NCBI GenBank assembly: GCA_041485695.1
Contig: JBGPJZ010000001.1
Location: 129,316-193,315 of the forward strand
Origin: Minisyncoccia bacterium
Lineage (GTDB): Bacteria; Patescibacteriota; Minisyncoccia; Phycocordibacterales; Phycocordibacteraceae
DNA: 64,000 bases
Direction of reading: 5' to 3'
Every line of letters starts with the position of its first letter. The first letter of the stretch is position 1. The translations under genes and the position numbers were made by a program. Shown here one piece after another: positions 54,107 through 64,000 of the stretch. Under the pieces are notes generated by a model. The model did no database searches and was not told the origin of the DNA. It was given only the letters and a program-made list of their open reading frames with translations.

Positions 54107-55395
54107 CTATTCAGTATATCAAGGGCGCTGCGTATCCTCGCATTTGATTCGCTCTCACCGAGGATCGAGACGAGCGTAAAAGGGTCGGGTGAGCGCTCCT
54201 GGCCTGACAGGGCGTAGCGCAGAGGCCATAAAACGGCTGCCCTGCCCTCTTGGTCGGCGTAGGGCATAAGTCGTGCCTTCACCTCTTCCGGCGAGGCGTG
54301 ATCAGGTAGAAGGCCGATTAAATCAAGCGAATGCGTAAGATGCGTGGCGGTCTTTCCCGCTTCAGGCTCTTTTCGGAGCAGTGATTCCTTCTCCGGCACC
54401 GGCGTCTCAAAAAGGCAGCGGAGCTCGGTTGCGAGGAGTTCACGAGCCTCTTCAAACGTCTGTGCGCGTTCTTTAAGGAGCGGCACTGCGAGGAGCGCAC
54501 TCGGGTCAAGATCGCCGCGAGCAACAAACTCTTGGTCAGAAAGCTTGCGCATCCAATGCTGGTTCACCGAACGCAGTTTTACTTCGTCAAAAATCGCGCT
54601 GCCCTTGTGCACACGAGCGAGATCGAAGGCGGCAATCAGTTCTTCTTTACTCATGTACTCGCGCTCGTCGCCCGGGTTCCATCCTAGGAAGGCAAGGTAG
54701 TTGAGCATCGCTTCGGGGAGAACGCCCACGTCACGATACTCCGTAAGAGCCTTCGCTCCGCGACGCTTTGACAATTTTGTGCGGTCTGTGCCGAGGATGA
54801 GCGGGAGGTGCGCGTACGCGGGCGTCGAGAAGCCGAGCGCGCGCTGGATCAGGATTTGGCGCGGAGTGTTAGAGATATGGTCTTCACCGCGAATCACATG
54901 CGTCACGCCTTCGTCAGCGTCGTCTACGACGACCGCAAAGTGAAAGACGGGCTCATCAAGCGAGCGCGCGATGACAAAGTCATGAAGCTCGTCGACATCG
55001 ATTGAAATATTGCCGCGTATCACGTCGGCAAAGGTAACGACGCCGCCCGGGTTCTTAAAACGGATGACCTCTTCCCTTCCCCCCGGCTCTTTCGGAGCCT
55101 CCTTTGAGACATACGCGGTGCCTTCGCTGATAAGTTTCTCCAAAAGCTCGCGGTGCCTGCCTGCCTGCTCACTCTGCCTGAATTGTTTATCGGCAGGAAG
55201 CTCGAGCCACGAAAGCGCCTCGAGGATATTGTGCTCGTACTCGGGCTTAGAACGTTCGCGGTCGGTATCTTCAATACGCACAATGAACTCGCCGCCGTGA
55301 TGTTTCGCATACAGATACGCGAACACTGCGGTCCGGTAGTTACCAGCGTGCAAGAAGCCGGTTGGTGACGGGGCAAATCGGGTGACGACGCTCAT
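54103..55395 (-). CDS. gltX: glutamyl-tRNA synthetase (short form)
   Basis: PSPTGFLHAGNYRTA class I motif; KMSKS-like LSKR; 430 aa. Confidence 0.9.
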   Translation of the reverse strand: MSVVTRFAPSPTGFLHAGNYRTAVFAYLYAKHHGGEFIVRIEDTDRERSKPEYEHNILEALSWLELPADKQFRQSEQAGRHRELLEKLISEGTAYVSKEAPKEPGGREEVIRFKNPGGVVTFADVIRGNISIDVDELHDFVIARSLDEPVFHFAVVVDDADEGVTHVIRGEDHISNTPRQILIQRALGFSTPAYAHLPLILGTDRTKLSKRRGAKALTEYRDVGVLPEAMLNYLAFLGWNPGDEREYMSKEELIAAFDLARVHKGSAIFDEVKLRSVNQHWMRKLSDQEFVARGDLDPSALLAVPLLKERAQTFEEARELLATELRCLFETPVPEKESLLRKEPEAGKTATHLTHSLDLIGLLPDHASPEEVKARLMPYADQEGRAAVLWPLRYALSGQERSPDPFTLVSILGESESNARIRSALDILNR

Positions 55396-56531
55396 GATTC
55401 GTGAGAAAGCGCGATATCAAGCACCGCAGTCGCTAAAAGTTTCGCCGCGTCCGGGTCGGCAAACGTGGCGCCTCGCGCGCCCATGCTTTTTGCAAGCTCG
55501 GGATTGCCTGCGATACGCTTCGCTTCAGAGGCAAGCAGGTGCGGCGTGAGGTTGGCCTCCTCAAGCACCACTGCACCGCCCGTGCGCGCGAAGGCGTACG
55601 CATTGGTGCGCTGGTCATGGCTTACGGCTTCGGGTATCGGAATCAGTATCGCCGGCTTCTTCCATATCGAAATCTCCGTAATAGTGCCGCTCCCAGCGCG
55701 CGAGATTACGAGCGTAGCTACTCCGGCTGCCCTTCGGAGCGAAAGCGCTGAAAGGTAGGGGAACGGGTGATACCGCTCTTTGTAGGGGCTCTTTTCAAGG
55801 GCAACCTTAGCTAAGCCCGTTACTTCGGTATAGTTCCCCGTGCCAGTCTGGTGAATAATATTTCCCCACGCCACCATATCGGGGAGTGCGGATACCAAGG
55901 CTTCATTGATGCGTCGTGCTCCAAGGGAGCCCCCGAGAACGAGGATGGTCGGGATACCCGCCTCAAGCTTAAGCTCCTCGCGCGCACCCTCGGTCTCGGG
56001 GTGAAGCAACTCTTTGCGGACAGGGATGCCGGTGCGCGCGATCTTTCCCTGCACTTTCTTAGGGAAATAGTGCGCCGCCTCAGCGTATGAGATAGCGATG
56101 CGCTTCGCGAACCTCCCCGCAAGAAGGTTCGCGCGCCCGGGTTTCGCATCCGATTCATGAATCACCACCGGTATGCGAAAAATGCGTGCTGCGAACGTCA
56201 CTGGCACGCTGGCGTATCCTCCCTTTGAGACGATGACGTCAGGATAGAGGCGAAAGAGCGTTATCAAGGCGGCACAGAACCCCGTGAACGTCGCAAAAAG
56301 GTCAGTGACATTCGAGATGGAAAAGTACCGGCGCCACTTCCCTGCCGGGATGCGGACAAAGACAATCCCGTTTTCAAAAAGCGCTTCCGCATCGAACGGA
56401 TTAGGGCTAAAGAAATAAAGACGCGGGGCGACAAGGCGCTTCTCGCGCACGATATCTTGTATCGCTTCAGCAATCGCGATAAGCGGATAGAAATGCCCCC
56501 CGGTACCTCCTCCCGTAAACACGATGGTCAT
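55392..56531 (-). CDS. murG: undecaprenyldiphospho-muramoylpentapeptide beta-N-acetylglucosaminyltransferase
   Basis: GGTGGHFYP N-terminal motif; GT28 fold. Confidence 0.95.
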   Translation of the reverse strand: MTIVFTGGGTGGHFYPLIAIAEAIQDIVREKRLVAPRLYFFSPNPFDAEALFENGIVFVRIPAGKWRRYFSISNVTDLFATFTGFCAALITLFRLYPDVIVSKGGYASVPVTFAARIFRIPVVIHESDAKPGRANLLAGRFAKRIAISYAEAAHYFPKKVQGKIARTGIPVRKELLHPETEGAREELKLEAGIPTILVLGGSLGARRINEALVSALPDMVAWGNIIHQTGTGNYTEVTGLAKVALEKSPYKERYHPFPYLSALSLRRAAGVATLVISRAGSGTITEISIWKKPAILIPIPEAVSHDQRTNAYAFARTGGAVVLEEANLTPHLLASEAKRIAGNPELAKSMGARGATFADPDAAKLLATAVLDIALSHES

Positions 56532-56544
56532 ACGAAGAAGTATA

Positions 56545-57651
56545 TCAAGCAGGAGAGCTCTTGCGTTGCGATGCGACGTTTAAGATGAGGCCGCACTCCG
56601 CAAGGACAGCGAGGAGCGCCGTGCCCCCGTGCGAAACGAATGGCAAAGGGAGGCCGGTAAGCGGGATGACGCCAAGCATGGCGCCCATGTTTATGAACGC
56701 CTGCAAGACGAGCATGAAAGAGAATCCGAGCGCAACGAGGCCTCCGAACATCTCGCGCGACTCCCCTGCTATCACGATGCCGCGCGCAGCAAGTCCTACA
56801 AAAAGGCCGAGCAAGAGAAGTGAGCCGATAAAGCCAGTTTCCTCGGCAAAGACCGCGAAAACCGAGTCGCCGTCAGGCTCGGGGAGATAGTTGAACTTCT
56901 CGACGCTTTGCCCGAGCCCGCGGCCGAAAAGCCCGCCAGACCCCACTGCGATAAGTGACTGTTGTATTTGATAGCTCGAGTTAAGTGGGTCGGCGGCCGG
57001 GTTGATAAATGTCAGGACGCGTGAGAGCGCATAGGGCCGCACGATGATGACTGCGCCAAGAGCCACAAGGGCGAGCACGCCGACGATGGCGAGGTCGCGC
57101 CAGGGAGCGCCTGCGGCAAAGTACATGATGATCCCCGTGGCGCCGATGAGGAGCGTCGTTGAGGTATTGGGCTGCGCAAGGAGTATCGCCGCAGGCGCCC
57201 CAACAATCGCAAGAAAGGGCCCCAGACCTCGCTTGAAATCCTTCAGCTGGCGCGCTGCTATCGAAAGCCACCACGCGAGCATCAGGACGACGCCGATCTT
57301 GAGGAACTCTGCCGGCTGCACGGTGGTAAAGCCGAGGTCAATCCAGCGCGTTGCGCCATTGGCATGCTGTCCTATTCCGGGGATGAACACGATTGCGGTA
57401 AAAAAGATGGTAGCGCCGTAGATCCAGGGAGCATATTTCTTGATAACCGTGAGCGGGACGCTACGCATGGCAATCAAGGCGATGAATCCGAGGCCTAAGC
57501 CAAGGCCAGCCTGCACCAGGATATCGCGCGAGACAGAGACGTTGTCGCGTGCCAAAAGGCCAAGGGCGGCTGAAGAGAATATCGCAAAACCGCCGAGCGC
57601 AAGCGCAAGCGCTATCGTGAGAAAGAGGCGATCGCCGGAGAATATGCGCAT
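56545..57651 (-). CDS. ftsW: SEDS-family peptidoglycan glycosyltransferase (FtsW/RodA)
   Basis: 368 aa, 10 TM; sits in the murG-ftsW-mraY arrangement. Confidence 0.9.
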   Translation of the reverse strand: MRIFSGDRLFLTIALALALGGFAIFSSAALGLLARDNVSVSRDILVQAGLGLGLGFIALIAMRSVPLTVIKKYAPWIYGATIFFTAIVFIPGIGQHANGATRWIDLGFTTVQPAEFLKIGVVLMLAWWLSIAARQLKDFKRGLGPFLAIVGAPAAILLAQPNTSTTLLIGATGIIMYFAAGAPWRDLAIVGVLALVALGAVIIVRPYALSRVLTFINPAADPLNSSYQIQQSLIAVGSGGLFGRGLGQSVEKFNYLPEPDGDSVFAVFAEETGFIGSLLLLGLFVGLAARGIVIAGESREMFGGLVALGFSFMLVLQAFINMGAMLGVIPLTGLPLPFVSHGGTALLAVLAECGLILNVASQRKSSPA

Positions 57652-57652
57652 A

Positions 57653-58729
57653 TCATTTCAAGAGAGCGACCGTCATGCCGGCAATCGCACATACTGCGGA
57701 GAGGACCCAGTACCGCATCGTGACCTTGTAGGGCGGCCAACCGAGAGCCTCGAAATGGTGATGCAGGGGAGCGATACGAAAAAGCTTCTTTCCCCAGATC
57801 TTTTTTGACGCGATTTGCAAGATATTCGATGCAACCGTTGCAAAAAGGGGCAGCGCAATGATGGGAAGCGCTACAAGACCGTACCCTTCCCCCAAAGTGT
57901 CGGTCATGAAGGCCACGACAGCGAGGGTAAGCGTCAGCCCCATGGTGCCTGTCTCCGTCATCCAGAACCTGGCGGGCGGGATGTTAAACCAAAGGAAAGC
58001 GAGAATCGCCCCGACAAGCGTCGTGCAAAATGCTGCCAGGTTCAACTGCTGCTGAAAAAAAGCGATGCCCGCATATGACGCAAACATCGAGGCGAAGACG
58101 CCGCCAGCCAAGCCATCAATGCCGTCGATAACGCCGCCTGCATAGAGCCCGAGAGAAACGAGGATGAAGAGCGGAATGACGAACCACCCAAGCGTGAGGA
58201 CACCGTCGAGCGGGATGCCGATACCGGTGACTTCAAGCTTGTCGTAAAACCACCAGCCGATAAAGAGCGATAGTATGAAGATGATAAGGAGTCGCACCGA
58301 AAGCCGGATGCCCCGCTCACCCAAGGGCTGAAGGTCAAGGAGGTCATTAACGAAGCCGACCAGTCCTCCGACGAGCAGGGTCACAAGCGGTATCCAGGTC
58401 TGGCTTCGAGAAAGGAAGTCGAGCCTCTCCGCTCCCGCAAAAAGATTGAAAGAGTGCAGGAGCCAAAGGCTGATGGTGACGATCGTCGTCGTCACCCAGA
58501 TTAAAAGTCCGCCCATGCGCGGCGTTGATGTCTCGGTACCGGCGTGAACGGTCGTACGAAGTTTCTCGAATTCAACCGCAGGAGTGCCATCAAATGCTGT
58601 TTTGCCGGAGCTCTTTTTCCATGCTTTATATGTGTAGAGGTAATGCGTTAATAAGGGCGCGAGGAGTATCCCGACGATAAACGAAAGCGTCGCAGGGATG
58701 AATATCTTGACGATGTCCGCGATGATCAT
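57653..58729 (-). CDS. mraY: phospho-N-acetylmuramoyl-pentapeptide transferase
   Basis: 358 aa polytopic; conserved D-D and NxxNxxDGIDGL-type motif (GVIDGIDGLAGG). Confidence 0.95.
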   Translation of the reverse strand: MIIADIVKIFIPATLSFIVGILLAPLLTHYLYTYKAWKKSSGKTAFDGTPAVEFEKLRTTVHAGTETSTPRMGGLLIWVTTTIVTISLWLLHSFNLFAGAERLDFLSRSQTWIPLVTLLVGGLVGFVNDLLDLQPLGERGIRLSVRLLIIFILSLFIGWWFYDKLEVTGIGIPLDGVLTLGWFVIPLFILVSLGLYAGGVIDGIDGLAGGVFASMFASYAGIAFFQQQLNLAAFCTTLVGAILAFLWFNIPPARFWMTETGTMGLTLTLAVVAFMTDTLGEGYGLVALPIIALPLFATVASNILQIASKKIWGKKLFRIAPLHHHFEALGWPPYKVTMRYWVLSAVCAIAGMTVALLK

Positions 58730-59670
58730 AGCGAGGCGATCCCCGCAAAGTGTGCCAGTGTTGCGGCGATGAGCACGGTCGCATCAGTAAAACGCGCCTC
58801 TTCAGTCGAGCCGAGCACGACAACGGCAATGGGGTGGTTGATACTTGCGTCAAATACGAGTGCCAGGTTGCCGCCGGCAAGGTCAGTGAAGCCCGTCTTT
58901 GAGAGGAGGAGTCTCGGGGCGTTTGCTACCGTCGGGTTGGTGTTAAGGATTTCGTAGTGCTTGCCGGCGGCTGTCGTAGCGCTCGCTTTTGGGAGCGTCG
59001 TGGCGAGCGCGATGTCGGGCGCGTCGTGAACGAGGGCTCCGGCCAAAAGCGCCATGTCGCGCGCCGAGCCGTACCCGCCGGAAATAAGGGCGGAGACGTC
59101 AAGACCGTTACCGTTGACCGCGTAGGTAGACGAGAGGCCGAGCTCAGCGGCTACGCCCGCGAGGACTGCGGGCGTCGAGGTCGCTTCCCGCTCCTCAATC
59201 GCCGAAATAATCGCGGAGGCTCCGTCATTAAGAGAGGCAGTGAGGGTGAGTCGCGCAAGATCATTGAATGCAAGCGTATCGCCAGCTTTGAACCGGTGCG
59301 GTGAGTCGACCGTCTCATCGACGGGAGTTATGATAATAGCCATGCCAGGCGCGAGCTCGCGTACGGCAGCCTCGATCGTAAGGAGCTTAGTAAGCGAAGC
59401 TAGAGGCAGTTGCGCGTCAGAGTTTTTTGCGTACAGGGTCTCACCAGTGACGAGGTCATAGACGATTGCCGCCCCAGCCGCGACGCTGACATCATGATAG
59501 GCGTCAGGCGCAGGAACCGCGGTTACGACGGCCGAAGCGCCTCCCGAGGGTGAACGAAGCGGGACAAAGAGAAGAAGCATCAAGACCGCAGAGCCGATGA
59601 GGAGCGCGATGCCCGCCTCGCGCATGAAGCGGGTGCGAGTTGCGAGCTGCCCGAGGTTTTCAGTATCCAT
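58726..59670 (-). CDS. D-alanyl-D-alanine carboxypeptidase (S11, PBP5/6-like)
   Basis: SxxK (ASLTKL), SxN (SLNDG) and KTG (KTGFTD) motifs. Start moved to internal ATG 59670 (MDTENLG), which abuts scpB. Confidence 0.75.
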   Translation of the reverse strand: MDTENLGQLATRTRFMREAGIALLIGSAVLMLLLFVPLRSPSGGASAVVTAVPAPDAYHDVSVAAGAAIVYDLVTGETLYAKNSDAQLPLASLTKLLTIEAAVRELAPGMAIIITPVDETVDSPHRFKAGDTLAFNDLARLTLTASLNDGASAIISAIEEREATSTPAVLAGVAAELGLSSTYAVNGNGLDVSALISGGYGSARDMALLAGALVHDAPDIALATTLPKASATTAAGKHYEILNTNPTVANAPRLLLSKTGFTDLAGGNLALVFDASINHPIAVVVLGSTEEARFTDATVLIAATLAHFAGIASL

Positions 59671-59672
59671 AA

Positions 59673-60218
59673 CTATGCTTCGGCATCGGTCTCTGACGTA
59701 GCGACAGCATCGGCCTCTCTCGAGAGTTCGGCATAGCGCGGCAGCTCTCTCGCAGCGCTCGCGCCAAGGTGCGCGAGCGCTTTGGTTGTCACGCGGTAGC
59801 GGATCTTGCGCCGGTCGCGTGCATCCTCCTCCCCTTCTATGAGCCCGCGCACGAGGAGCGTGCGCACCGAGGTTGATGAGTTGACGCCGCGTACCCAATC
59901 GATCTCGCTCCGGGTCGAGCCCTCGCGGTACGCAATGACCGCTAGGGCCTCGAGCCCTGCCTTGCCGAGGTCGCGGGAGAGCTCGCTCTCGCGGAGTTTT
60001 GTGACGATGTCTGCCGCCTCGGGTGAGGTCCGGAGTTCTACTTCCTTGCCATCATCGACAAGAGCTGTGCCGCGGCCTTGCAGCGCCTTCTCGAGAGCGG
60101 CAAGAGCAGTTGAAAGGTCCCTTTCGCCGATACCGAGGAGTTTCGCAAGCTCTTTCTTCTCCATTGGTTCTCCAGAGGCGAACAAGAGCGCCTCGAGGGC
60201 GGCGGGTGGGGTGAGCAT
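59673..60218 (-). CDS. scpB: segregation and condensation protein B
   Basis: Two winged-helix repeats (ALLFASGEPM..., AVIAYREGSTRSEI). Confidence 0.85.
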   Translation of the reverse strand: MLTPPAALEALLFASGEPMEKKELAKLLGIGERDLSTALAALEKALQGRGTALVDDGKEVELRTSPEAADIVTKLRESELSRDLGKAGLEALAVIAYREGSTRSEIDWVRGVNSSTSVRTLLVRGLIEGEEDARDRRKIRYRVTTKALAHLGASAARELPRYAELSREADAVATSETDAEA

Positions 60219-60299
60219 TACCTAAGAGTTTAGCTGTCCTTCCCCTCCTCTGCAACGCTCATGGCTGGGGATGCTGGCCGTAGCGCGGTATTTCGCCCG

Positions 60300-60722
60300 T
60301 TAGGAAAGGTGGGGGCGTAACAGGACGCCGCGAACGGTTTTGGTGGTGAAATAGACTGCAATCAGGAAAATAAGCGCGAGCGTTTCAGCATAGAGATAGG
60401 TCGTATCGAACACGTAACGAGTCAGGCGGTATTGCTCAATCGCATAGAGGCCGAAGATAATCGCCCCATAAATCGCTATGCCAGCGTTTACGAAATGTAT
60501 CCACTTTTGCGCTGGGTTCGCGATGCCGGCTGCTACCACCAAGATAACCGCGAATGTCACGATGCCGAGCATTGGGAGCGGGAGCAATGCCCCTGTCGTC
60601 TCGGCGATAAGCATGACGACCGCCGCAACGACAAAAAGGATGCGGACGGTGTCGCCGTGATAGTGCGCGACTTGCCGATGGCGCATCGGCCCGGCGGGGA
60701 GTTCACCGTTTTCGATAGGCAT
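60300..60722 (-). CDS. hypothetical membrane protein
   Basis: 140 aa with 3-4 hydrophobic helices. Confidence 0.4.
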   Translation of the reverse strand: MPIENGELPAGPMRHRQVAHYHGDTVRILFVVAAVVMLIAETTGALLPLPMLGIVTFAVILVVAAGIANPAQKWIHFVNAGIAIYGAIIFGLYAIEQYRLTRYVFDTTYLYAETLALIFLIAVYFTTKTVRGVLLRPHLS

Positions 60723-60739
60723 AGCAAAAGTATATCATC

Positions 60740-63271
<2,532 letters not shown>

Positions 63272-63273
63272 GG

Positions 63274-64000
63274 TTACTTCACGCGTTCGGTGAAGGCGTC
63301 GAGAGCCGCACGGAGCTTCTTTTCTCCTCCCTCCCCTATTTCACGGGTCGTACGAATGGCCTCGAGCGCATCCTTGCCCTCACGTAGCAAGAAGTCCTGC
63401 AATTTCTTTTCAGCGGCACTCGTTTGTTCAGGAGCAAATCGGTCGAAGTAGCCGTTCGTTGCGGCAAAGATGATGGCCGCCTCCATCTCAAACGGCAGCG
63501 GCTCCCCGCGGTTCTGCTTCAAGACCTCGGTCATACGGCGGCCGGCATCGATGCGCTTCTTGGTTTCGGCATCGAGGTCGCTCGAAAATTGCATGAAGGC
63601 CTCGAGCTCGCGAAATTGCGCGAGCTCGAGCTTGATCTTGCCCGAGACTTTTTTCATGGCCTTCGTCTGTGCAGAGGAGCCCACGCGAGAGACCGAGATG
63701 CCGACGTTAATCGCCGGTCGCTGGCCTTTGTTGAAGAGGTCGCTTTCGAGGAATATCTGTCCGTCGGTAATCGAGATGACGTTCGTAGGGATATAGGCGG
63801 AGACGTCGTTCTCTTGCGTCTCGATGATGGGGAGCGCGGTCAGCGAGCCCCCACCTTTCTCTTTAGAGAGCTTCGCTGCCCGCTCGAGGAGGCGTGAATG
63901 GAGATAAAAGATGTCGCCCGGGTATGCCTCGCGACCCGGCGGGCGGCGGAGCAAGAGGGACATCTGCCGATACGCGACAGCTTGTTTTGAAAGGTCATCG
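63274..64000 (-). CDS. atpA: F-type ATP synthase alpha subunit, C-terminal part (gene continues beyond window end)
   Basis: Matches the alpha C-terminal domain (...[24 protein letters not shown]...). Confidence 0.9.
   Translation of the reverse strand, partial: DDLSKQAVAYRQMSLLLRRPPGREAYPGDIFYLHSRLLERAAKLSKEKGGGSLTALPIIETQENDVSAYIPTNVISITDGQIFLESDLFNKGQRPAINVGISVSRVGSSAQTKAMKKVSGKIKLELAQFRELEAFMQFSSDLDAETKKRIDAGRRMTEVLKQNRGEPLPFEMEAAIIFAATNGYFDRFAPEQTSAAEKKLQDFLLREGKDALEAIRTTREIGEGGEKKLRAALDAFTERVK

Overview
High-GC (~55-60% by eye), densely packed bacterial chromosomal window, mostly housekeeping genes with short or overlapping intergenic regions. Recognised blocks, in order: (i) a glycan module of two tandem GH130/DUF377 glycosidases, a ManC-type cupin, uppP, and GT4/GT2 glycosyltransferases; (ii) a complete cytochrome bo3-type quinol oxidase operon cyoABCDE on the minus strand, next to a CPH-type copper P-type ATPase; (iii) a small accessory patch at ~15.2-18.0 kb containing a tRNA gene interrupted by a ~220-nt group I intron, a neighbouring low-GC free-standing HNH endonuclease gene broken by a frameshift in an A7 run, and two small genes that each carry a duplicated ~75-bp promoter/leader cassette beginning with a 14-nt copy of the tRNA 3' end; (iv) def-fmt, murA, two mreB paralogs, mreBCD-mrdA, frr, an M50 protease and proS; (v) greA and a class I (archaeal-type) lysyl-tRNA synthetase; (vi) two division/cell-wall clusters, mraZ-rsmH-ftsL-ftsI-murF on plus and murG-ftsW-mraY-dacA on minus; (vii) tRNA-Glu in an AT-rich patch, speH, an unknown two-gene cassette, yqeY and a low-GC rmuC; (viii) rplU translationally coupled to a DEAD-box helicase with an N-terminal RGG tail, while rpmA lies 8 kb away on the other strand; (ix) recR-dnaB-cysS-corA, an S41 protease, rplI, a LOG protein, an EnvC-like M23 peptidase, gltX, scpB and atpC-atpD-atpG-atpA (atpA truncated at the window edge). 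Several proteins are shortened (delta-prime ~225 aa, epsilon 81 aa, GluRS 430 aa, ProRS 414 aa). This suggests a reduced genome, possibly a Saccharibacteria/CPR-like lineage, but taxonomy cannot be fixed from this window. No CRISPR array or rRNA was seen. The most notable item is the intron-containing tRNA with its degenerate homing-endonuclease neighbour and the tRNA-end-derived repeats.
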